From Candidatus Eiseniibacteriota bacterium (GTDB taxonomy: Bacteria; Eisenbacteria; RBG-16-71-46; CAIMUX01; VGJL01), in assembly GCA_041946735.1 (NCBI GenBank), contig JBHGAY010000042.1, forward strand, positions 1 through 30,931: a stretch of 30,931 bases of DNA, given 5' to 3'. Shown here piece by piece: positions 23,692 through 30,931 of the stretch; position 1 is the first letter of the stretch; every line of letters starts with the position of its first letter. The position numbers were made by a program, and so were the translations under genes. Under the pieces are notes generated by a model. The model was not told the origin of the DNA. It ran no database searches and saw only the letters and a program-made list of their open reading frames with translations.

Positions 23692-26424
23692 TCAGGAAGG
23701 ATGGATCGCGCTTGGACGTCGTGATTTCGGAAGGCTCCGGCCTGCGAGATTCGCGACGATCGCGATCAGTTCCGTCGGCTCGACCGGCTTCGCGACGTGG
23801 ATCTGGAACCCCGAGACGATCGCCTGCCGGCGATCCTCCATCCGCGCGTACGCCGTCAGCGCCACGGCCGGGACCCTCCCCCCCTGGTTCGCCGGCAAGG
23901 CCCGGACCTTGCGGATCAACGTGTAGCCGTCCTCTCCCGGCATCCCGATGTCGCAGATCAGCACGTCCGGTCGCGTCGCCCGGAGCTGCGCCAGCGCCTC
24001 CCCGGCGTTGACGGCGGTGATCACTCGGGCCCGCTGCTCCTCCAAGAGACGCCGCAGCAGTTGGAGCGCGTCGTCGTCGTCGTCGACTGCGAGGACGGTG
24101 ACTCCATCTAGGGTCGAGAGCGGCCATGGCTCCACGAACCGATGGGGCTCGCGGCCTCCCACGACAGCTCCCGAGGCCGCCGGGGCGATCGGAGCGTCGG
24201 AACGGAAGCTGGGGATCGGGATCGAGACGACGAAAGTCGCTCCCTCGTTGGGGCCGGCGCTACGCGCCGTCACCGTCCCGCCATGCATCTCGGTCAGGTG
24301 GCGGACGATCGCCAGACCGAGGCCGAGGCCGCCATGCACGCGCGAGGTCGACATGTCGGCCTGCCGGAAGCGCTCGAAGAGCGACGGGAGGAACTCGCTC
24401 GCGATCCCGATTCCCGTGTCGCTGACCACGATCTCCGCGTGGGAGCCGGCGCGCCGGAGCTGGACGTCGGTGTGCCCGCCGTGCGGAGTGAACTTGATCG
24501 CGTTCGTGAGGAGGTTCCAGACGATCTGCTGCAGGCGCGCCGGATCGCCGGCCACAGGCCCGGCGTCCGGGTCGAGATCGGTGCGGATGCGGATCTCCTT
24601 GGCATCCGCCGCCGGCTTCACCGATTCGACGGCCGCCCGAATCACCGGCTCGAGCTCGACGCGGCGAACGTCCAGCCGGAGCTTCCCGGAGATGATGCGG
24701 GACATGTCGAGGAGATCCTCGATCAGCTCCACCTGGACGCGGGCGTTGCGCTCGATCACTTCCAACGCCTGGCGGAAATCCTCCGGCGAGAGGCCTTCGG
24801 AGCGGAGCAGCTGGGACCAGCCGTAGATCGCGTTGATCGGCGTGCGCAGCTCGTGCGACAGGTTGGCGAAGAACTCGTCCTTCATCCGGCTGACACGCTC
24901 GGCCTCCGCTCGCGCCGCCTGTTCGCTCTCGAGCAGCTGGGCACGCTCCTGTTCGCCGAGCTTCCGCGCCGTGATGTCGCGCGTGATCGTGGAGGCCGCG
25001 GCCGGCTTGCCGTCGGAGTCGAGCAGCGGGGAGATCGTGAGCGAGACGTGGATCCGGCTGCCGTCCTTGCGCACGCGGACGGTCTCCATCTGGCGGATCC
25101 TCTCCCCGCGGGAGAGCTTCTCGAGGATCCCGTGGAACTCGAGGATGAGCTCCGGCGGGACAAGCAGGCTCACGTTGCGGCCGATCACCTCCTGGGGCTC
25201 GTAGCCATAGGTCTCCTGCGCCGCCGGGTTCCAGGAGAGGATCGTGCCGTCGAGTAGCTTGGAGAAGACGGCGTCGTCGGTCGACTCGACGATCGACGCG
25301 AGAAGGCGGGTCGCCTCTTCCGCCTCGCGGGCGTCGGTCACGTCGGCCCACGTTCCGACCCACTCGCGGACGGCGCCGCCGGCGCGGAGGACCGGGACCG
25401 CGCGAGAATGGATCGTCCGGAGAGAGCCGCCCGCGTCATGGACGCGGAACTCCGACTCGTGCGACGTCGCGAGCTCGATCGACCGCCGCCATGCCTCCTC
25501 GACCCGCGGGCGGTCGGCCCGGTCGATTGCGTCGAGCCACCCGAAGCCGCGCATCTGCTCGAATTCCTGGCCGGTGATCCGCGACCATCCGGGAATCGGC
25601 TCGACCATCCGTCCCTGGTCGTCCGTGCTCCAGATCACCTGCGACGTGGCGAGGGCGAGGGAGCGGTAGCGCTCCTCGCTTTGGCGAAGCGCCTCCTCCA
25701 CCTTCTTACGGCCGGTGATGTCGCGTGCCGTTCCGTAGATGCGGGCCGCCCCTCCGCGCGAGGAGTGCACCTTGCGCGCCGAATAGCGGAGCCAGCGCTC
25801 CTGCCCGTCGCGAGTCACGATCCGCGCCTCCCCCGTGGTCGTCTTGCCGGCGGAAAGATCGCGGAGCTGCTGTTCGATTCGGGGCAGATCGTCGGGATGC
25901 CAGAGCCGCCGCCAGCCGGCCTCGCGGATCTCCTCCGCGCGGAATCCGGTGTCGGAGAGGAACTCCTCGCGGATCCACTCGAGCTCGAGGGAACCGTCGG
26001 GGGCCACGTCCGCCGAGAAGGCATAGTCGGACGCCAACTCGGCGATCTGGCGGTAGCGCTCCTCGTTCTCGCGCGACGTCGCGGTCGACGGTGCGGCCGG
26101 CGTCGCGACGAATCGCGCAACGAGGTAGGAGGCGAGCGCGAAGAGGGAGATGCCGAGGAGATCGAGGCCGATCGATCGATCCGGCGGAGGGTTCGCGAGC
26201 AGGAAGGTGACGAATCCCGCGACCGACAGGCACGAGGCGAGCAGGCCGGGACCACGACCGCCGATGCGCGCGGAGAGGGCGATGGCGGCGAGCCAGGGAG
26301 CGGCGGCGAGAGGGGCGCGTAGGGAGCCCAAAGCGAACGCGACGGCGGTGGCGATCGCCACCAGGGCGATGGCGGGCGGGTATCTCGATACGTGGATCGT
26401 CCGAGCCCTGACCCCTTCGGCCAT
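23692..26424 (-). CDS. Membrane hybrid histidine kinase (DUF4118-like TM - 3 PAS - HisKA - HATPase - REC)
   Basis: Three PAS/PAC domains ending RDIT, ADVT and RDIT; SHELRTP, NLLTNAIKFT, DTGIGI, GLGLGL; REC DD...CDIGMP...KP; start ATG 26424 with AGGAGG 11 nt upstream. Confidence 0.93.
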   Translation of the reverse strand: MAEGVRARTIHVSRYPPAIALVAIATAVAFALGSLRAPLAAAPWLAAIALSARIGGRGPGLLASCLSVAGFVTFLLANPPPDRSIGLDLLGISLFALASYLVARFVATPAAPSTATSRENEERYRQIAELASDYAFSADVAPDGSLELEWIREEFLSDTGFRAEEIREAGWRRLWHPDDLPRIEQQLRDLSAGKTTTGEARIVTRDGQERWLRYSARKVHSSRGGAARIYGTARDITGRKKVEEALRQSEERYRSLALATSQVIWSTDDQGRMVEPIPGWSRITGQEFEQMRGFGWLDAIDRADRPRVEEAWRRSIELATSHESEFRVHDAGGSLRTIHSRAVPVLRAGGAVREWVGTWADVTDAREAEEATRLLASIVESTDDAVFSKLLDGTILSWNPAAQETYGYEPQEVIGRNVSLLVPPELILEFHGILEKLSRGERIRQMETVRVRKDGSRIHVSLTISPLLDSDGKPAAASTITRDITARKLGEQERAQLLESEQAARAEAERVSRMKDEFFANLSHELRTPINAIYGWSQLLRSEGLSPEDFRQALEVIERNARVQVELIEDLLDMSRIISGKLRLDVRRVELEPVIRAAVESVKPAADAKEIRIRTDLDPDAGPVAGDPARLQQIVWNLLTNAIKFTPHGGHTDVQLRRAGSHAEIVVSDTGIGIASEFLPSLFERFRQADMSTSRVHGGLGLGLAIVRHLTEMHGGTVTARSAGPNEGATFVVSIPIPSFRSDAPIAPAASGAVVGGREPHRFVEPWPLSTLDGVTVLAVDDDDDALQLLRRLLEEQRARVITAVNAGEALAQLRATRPDVLICDIGMPGEDGYTLIRKVRALPANQGGRVPAVALTAYARMEDRRQAIVSGFQIHVAKPVEPTELIAIVANLAGRSLPKSRRPSAIHPS

Positions 26425-26718
26425 CGAAACCGTTGCCTCCTGCGACGAAAGATGCGAGATGCGGTGCCGGCGAGCGAGAAGGATCCCTCGTTCGGCAGGA
26501 ACGCCCTTGCGTAAAGACCACCGAGTCAGCCTTAGAATCCCATGAGATCCTTTTCGAGCAAAGCTGCGGCTGGGCGCTTCCACATAAAACATGGGTCATG
26601 AAGATCGTGTGGGGCGAACATTCGACGGAAACGGATCGGCGATACCTCGAACGAAAGCGGACGTGGCCGCGCGTTTCGCAAGCGGCAATTCGGTCCCGAG
26701 GAAGATTCGAGAGACGGC

Positions 26719-29076
26719 TCAGGGAAGGATGCGGCCGCGTCCCAGCAACGACTCGACGATCATGAGGCCGAGCACCGCGATGAGGAGCATCGGCCAGATC
26801 TCCCGGCCGTAGCGCCCCTCGAGGAGCGCGCGATCGATCGCTCCCTTCGGCTGCAGCACGGTCGCGTCGGGACCGAAGAGCGAAGGGAGCGTAGAGGCGG
26901 GCGCGACGGCGAGATTCGACTCCTTCGTGTCGAGATTCACGGCGAGGACGGCCAGCTTGGCGCCGTCGTCGCGGACGATCCGGTAGATCCCGGGAAGGCG
27001 AAGCTCCGGGGTCTTCAGCCACGTCTTGCCTTCCCGCGAGGAGCGCTCCAAGGGCAGCCGGTTGCCGTTCGGGTCCAGGAGCGACGTGTCGCGCGTCCCC
27101 ACCTCTTCGTCCGCGAATGCGCGCTCCGCGGCGGTGCCCGCGAGGACGCGGTCGGCGGAGGAGCCTCCTTGCGCGAGACGCTGGATCATCCGGTGGACGA
27201 GCGGCACGAAGGCGGCGCTCGTCGGCAGGTCGTTCCACCGTCCATCGAAGGACGAAGTGAAGACGAGGGTGCTCCCCGTCTCGACGAGCGCAGGACGGCC
27301 TCCGCTGAACTCGGCGAGGATGCGTGAGCCGGGTCCGGGCTTCGAGTCGAGCACGCGCAGGAAGCGGGCGGAGGTAAGGCTTCCGCCGCTCGTCGTGGAG
27401 AATCCCTCGAAGATCGGATGCCCCGGATCGGTGACGCGGAGCCGGAAGTAGGTGGTGGGATCGTCCAAGGTTCCTTGCAGACCGGTCAACTCCAGCCCGC
27501 CCAGGCGGGGCAGGAGGTCCTCGTTGTACGAGCGAGGATCGACGCGATCGCCGAGGACGATCAGGATGCCGCCCCCGTCGGCCCGATAACGCTCGAGCTG
27601 CTCGAGCGCGGGCGCCGGAAGACGCGGGAGGTCGAGGAGGACGACGGCGTCGGCGCGGATCGGAACGGTCAGGGCGCGGTCGTCCGGGCCCAGGATCTCC
27701 GGCTGGAAGAACTCGTGTCCGCCCGTCGGATCGAGAGCGAGGGCCAGGTAGCGGGCGGCCGGATCGCTCGCCGGGGTCTCCCCGCCGGACACGATGAGCA
27801 CCCGCCGGATGCCCGGCTGCTCGGTCACGAGGTAGGCCTGGTTGTCCCAGGGCAAGGCATCGGGGGCGAGGCTCACGCGCACCGCCCCCGAGGCGGGAAG
27901 CCTGCGCAGCAGAAGCGAGCTTTCGCCGCGGCCGCCCGGAGGAGCGGAGACGAACGCCTCGCCGAGCGCGTCGGACTCGACTTCCTCGCCGGCGCCTCCG
28001 GCGGCGGTCGCGCGGACGACGCGGTCGGTGAGCGGCTCGGAGCCCGGATTCACGACGGTGACGGTGAGGCGGGCCCCCGCCTCCGCTCCCGTGCCGGCCG
28101 ACTCCAGGCGCGCCCTCTCGATCGCGGCGTTGTCGACGGGGAGCGAGCGAAGGGGAACCAGGTAGACGCGGATCCCCTCGGCGAGCGCGATCGCTCCCGC
28201 GCCGGCTCGCGCTCCCGTCTGCAGGCTGTCGGCGCCCTCCGCCACGGCTCGTCCACGATCCGCGTCCCGCCGCGGCGAATCCGCCGGAGCGCCGGCGGGA
28301 CGGCCGGCGAGGCCGCCCGCATGGTGGCGCAGCTCCTCGACGTCAGCCTGTTGAAAGTCCGAAAGGACGAAGATCTCCCGGTTCAAGGTCCGCGCCTGCG
28401 CGAGCAGCTCCGCCGCTCGTTCGATCGCGAGAGGCAGATCGGCGCGTGTCGCCTCGACGCCGGCGCGATCCACTTCCTGACGGAGGAGCCCGAGATCGGC
28501 GATCGGCGTCTGGTAGGGCACGGTGACAGGAGAGGCGGCGAGAACCAGGAAGGCGCGATCGCCTTCGCGCAGCATCGAGACGATCTCTCCCGCGCGGCGT
28601 TTCGCGGCCTGCCAGACGGTCCCTTCCTCCGGAACCGCGGAAGCCGCAGCGGAGGCGGAAGGCGCGCCGGCGTCGAAACCGGCCGAGGCGGAGCCGGGCG
28701 AGGCGGCGGTCGATCCCGCCGCCGGGTTCGAGTAGGAGCCGGGACCGTCGGCCTCCGGATCGCGGGCCGCCATGCTGAAGCTGTTGTCGAGGACGATCGC
28801 CACCGTCGTGCTCCCGCGCCCCAGCGCTCCGCCGGAGGTGCGCAGCGCCGGCCGGCCCATCGCGAGGGCGAAGAAGGCGATGATCAGGATCCTGAGCGCG
28901 AGCAGGAGGATCTGCCGGAGCTGAAGGCGGCGGATCTTCTTCCGCGACACCTCCTGGAGGAACTCGAGGCTCGGGAAGCGGACCTCGCGCGTGCGCCTCC
29001 GGCTGAAGAGATGGATCAGGATCGGCAGCGCCGCCGCCGCCAGACCGGCGAGGAAGATCGGGTTCAGGAACGACAA
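26719..29076 (-). CDS. BatA/double-TM N-terminal, vWA and GATase1-like domain membrane protein
   Basis: MSFLNPIFL...PILIHL...FPSL.FL (BatA motif); MIDAS LDNSFSM and SDFQ; GGGILI; WNDLP...FVP; AVN....ESNL; C-terminal TM; TTG start. Confidence 0.88.
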   Translation of the reverse strand: MSFLNPIFLAGLAAAALPILIHLFSRRRTREVRFPSLEFLQEVSRKKIRRLQLRQILLLALRILIIAFFALAMGRPALRTSGGALGRGSTTVAIVLDNSFSMAARDPEADGPGSYSNPAAGSTAASPGSASAGFDAGAPSASAAASAVPEEGTVWQAAKRRAGEIVSMLREGDRAFLVLAASPVTVPYQTPIADLGLLRQEVDRAGVEATRADLPLAIERAAELLAQARTLNREIFVLSDFQQADVEELRHHAGGLAGRPAGAPADSPRRDADRGRAVAEGADSLQTGARAGAGAIALAEGIRVYLVPLRSLPVDNAAIERARLESAGTGAEAGARLTVTVVNPGSEPLTDRVVRATAAGGAGEEVESDALGEAFVSAPPGGRGESSLLLRRLPASGAVRVSLAPDALPWDNQAYLVTEQPGIRRVLIVSGGETPASDPAARYLALALDPTGGHEFFQPEILGPDDRALTVPIRADAVVLLDLPRLPAPALEQLERYRADGGGILIVLGDRVDPRSYNEDLLPRLGGLELTGLQGTLDDPTTYFRLRVTDPGHPIFEGFSTTSGGSLTSARFLRVLDSKPGPGSRILAEFSGGRPALVETGSTLVFTSSFDGRWNDLPTSAAFVPLVHRMIQRLAQGGSSADRVLAGTAAERAFADEEVGTRDTSLLDPNGNRLPLERSSREGKTWLKTPELRLPGIYRIVRDDGAKLAVLAVNLDTKESNLAVAPASTLPSLFGPDATVLQPKGAIDRALLEGRYGREIWPMLLIAVLGLMIVESLLGRGRILP

Positions 29077-29107
29077 CGGGGGCAGAGCGTCCTCCTCGGT
29101 CTCGGTC

Positions 29108-30046
29108 TCAATGCAGGCGCGAGCGCTTCTCGAGGTAGCGCAGCAGCGCGACGTCGAACGGCGTGTCGGTCAGGATCCTCTCGTAGCCGATGCGGTTCGC
29201 GCCGCACTCCCTCTTGTAGTAGTCGATCCGCTCCCGCATCAGGCGCAGATACTCGGGGCGCAGCTCCCACGGCTGGACGTTGAGCCTCTCGCCGCTCTCC
29301 ATGTCGACGAAGATCGACTCGTCGCGATAGTCGAACCGTTCCTCCTTCGGGTCCTGCAAGTGCAGGACGACCACCTCGTGCTGCCGGTGCCGGAAATGCT
29401 TCAGCGCGCGGATCACGCCGTCCGGCTTCGAGTCCCAGAGGTCCGAGAGGAGGATCATGAGGCCGCGGCGCTGCGTTCGCTCGGCGATCTGCTCCAGGCA
29501 GGGGCCGACGTCGGTGCCCCTCCGCTCCTTGCGCGGCGAGGCGAGCGATTCGCGCAGCGCCTCCTCCATCTCCTTCAGCAGGACGCGCAGGTGCGAGCGG
29601 GCGCTGCGGGCGGGGATCACCTTGTGGATCCTGTCGGAGAAGAGGAGCAGGCCGCAGGCGTCCTGCTGCTGGATCATGAGGTAGGCGAGCGCGGCGGCGA
29701 GGAACGTGGCATACCGGATCTTCTCGATGCGCCCCTCCTCCGCGAACGGCGTCGAGGAGGAGACGTCGAGGAGGAGCCACCCGCGCAGGTTCGTCTCCTG
29801 CTCGTACTCCTTGATGTAGTAGCGGTCGCGCTTCGCGAACACCTTCCAGTCGATGTGACGGATCGGGTCCCCCGACATGTACTGCCGGTGCTCGGCGAAC
29901 TCGACGCTGAAGCCGTGATAGGGGCTCTTGTGGAGGCCGGTCAGGAATCCTTCGACGATCATGCGAGCGATCAGGTCGAGGCCTTGCAGCTTCGTCAGGA
30001 ACGCGGGCTCCAGAAGGACCCGGGTGCTGGTGTCGGTTCGCGCCAT
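29108..30046 (-). CDS. DUF58 family (vWA-like) protein of the MoxR operon
   Basis: G.H.S...G.S.EFAEHR.Y..GD..R.IDWK...K.YE.ET, LD.S.S and SDL motifs. Confidence 0.93.
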   Translation of the reverse strand: MARTDTSTRVLLEPAFLTKLQGLDLIARMIVEGFLTGLHKSPYHGFSVEFAEHRQYMSGDPIRHIDWKVFAKRDRYYIKEYEQETNLRGWLLLDVSSSTPFAEEGRIEKIRYATFLAAALAYLMIQQQDACGLLLFSDRIHKVIPARSARSHLRVLLKEMEEALRESLASPRKERRGTDVGPCLEQIAERTQRRGLMILLSDLWDSKPDGVIRALKHFRHRQHEVVVLHLQDPKEERFDYRDESIFVDMESGERLNVQPWELRPEYLRLMRERIDYYKRECGANRIGYERILTDTPFDVALLRYLEKRSRLH

Positions 30047-30061
30047 GCCCTCTACGCCCGC

Positions 30062-30163
30062 CTCATGCCTGCTTCACGCTTCGCCGCTTCACGCTTGCTT
30101 CACACCTTCCCGCTTCACGCTTGCTTCACTCTCTTCTGCTTCACGCCGGCTCATGCCTGCTTC
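30062..30163. repeat. GCTTCAC x6 repeat cluster bounded by a 14-bp direct repeat of the moxR 3' end
   Basis: GCTTCAC at 30071, 30086, 30097, 30112, 30123 and 30138; CTCATGCCTGCTTC at 30062 and 30150. Confidence 0.8.
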
Positions 30164-30930
30164 GGCTCGGGGATCGCCTCGAGGATCCGCGAGATCACCT
30201 GCACCGGCCGGATCCCTTCCGCCTCGGCCGTGAAGTTCGTGATGATCCGGTGGCGTAGGACCGAGGGCGCGACGGCGCGCACGTCCGCGGCCGAAGGGGT
30301 GAGATTGCCGGAGAGGACGGCGCGGGTTTTCGCGCCGAGGATCAGGAACTGCGAGGCGCGGGGACCGGCTCCCCAGCTCACCCAGTCCTTCACGAACTGA
30401 AGCGCGGTCGACTCCGGCCGGCTCGCGCGCGCGAGCTGGACGGCGTAGGAGACGACGTGGTCGGAGACCGGAATTCGCCGGATCGTCCGCTGGATCCGCA
30501 GGATGTCCTCGCCTCCCAGCACGCGCTCCACCTTCGCCTCCTCCGGGCCCGTCGTCTGCGAGACGACGCGCACCTCCTCCGACTCGCTCGGATAATCGAC
30601 GGAGATGTGGAACATGAAGCGGTCGAGCTGCGCTTCGGGCAACGGGTAGGTTCCTTCCAGCTCGATCGGGTTTTGCGTCGCGAGGACGAAGAACGGACGC
30701 TGGAGCGGGAAGGTCTGGCCGGCGGCGGTCACCTCGCGCTCCTGCATCGCCTGCAGCAAGGCCGCCTGCGTCTTGGGAGGGGTGCGGTTGACCTCGTCGG
30801 CGAGGATCAGGTTCGCGAAGACCGGGCCGTGAACGAAACGGAAGGCGCGCTTTCCGGTCGTGCGGTCCTCTTCGAGAATCTCGGTGCCGGTGATGTCGGA
30901 GGGCATCAGGTCGGGGGTGAACTGGATGCG
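30151..30930 (-). CDS. moxR: MoxR-family AAA+ ATPase (5' end lies outside the window)
   Basis: [60 protein letters not shown] and VLRHR. Confidence 0.95.
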   Translation of the reverse strand, partial: RIQFTPDLMPSDITGTEILEEDRTTGKRAFRFVHGPVFANLILADEVNRTPPKTQAALLQAMQEREVTAAGQTFPLQRPFFVLATQNPIELEGTYPLPEAQLDRFMFHISVDYPSESEEVRVVSQTTGPEEAKVERVLGGEDILRIQRTIRRIPVSDHVVSYAVQLARASRPESTALQFVKDWVSWGAGPRASQFLILGAKTRAVLSGNLTPSAADVRAVAPSVLRHRIITNFTAEAEGIRPVQVISRILEAIPEPKQA

Positions 30931-30931
30931 G

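Noticed and set aside
26425..26718. Riboswitch, sigma54 promoter or N-terminal extension in the lower-GC region upstream of the PAS kinase
   Set aside because: No recognisable aptamer; CGGCAC...GC has 11-nt rather than 10-nt spacing; the SD supports ATG 26424. Probably an ordinary promoter region.
26719..30931. moxR-DUF58-vWA cluster as a new system
   Set aside because: This is the widespread, well-described MoxR-proper operon arrangement.
1..30931. tRNA, rRNA, IS, integrase or prophage genes
   Set aside because: No such motifs or ORFs seen; composition is uniform across the window.

Overview
Very GC-rich bacterial chromosomal window with no RNA genes, CRISPR array or mobile element. The C-terminal SWGxxKxxYR tail and FlgD-Ig/T9SS-like tail on secreted proteins suggest an FCB-related lineage such as Ca. 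Eisenbacteria or Latescibacteria; this is an inference. Gene order: GT2 glycosyltransferase, nadA, a ~930-bp non-coding gap, a secreted protein, a small OM beta-barrel, a GT-C/TPR glycosyltransferase plus ABC-2 exporter, a secreted agmatine/peptidylarginine deiminase, a CheR + hybrid histidine kinase pair, bifunctional FTCD, a lipoprotein, an OmpA-C protein, an RRM protein, mfd, a PAS hybrid kinase, and a moxR-DUF58-BatA/vWA operon that is truncated at the window edge. Four signals stand out: (1) a degenerate, mirror-symmetric non-coding array with ~43-bp periodicity at ~2265-2735; (2) the GT2 looks like a full-length homologue of human queuosine-tRNA galactosyltransferase (QTGAL/B3GNTL1); (3) a CheR with no chemoreceptor nearby is translationally coupled to a kinase carrying eight heptad-spaced Glu/Gln pairs that resemble MCP methylation sites; (4) a short C-terminal SWG-K putative sorting motif. 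There are also several leaderless and sigma54-like promoters and short intergenic tandem repeats, two of which copy the upstream gene's stop-codon region. All family assignments come from motif recognition by eye; no database searches were run.
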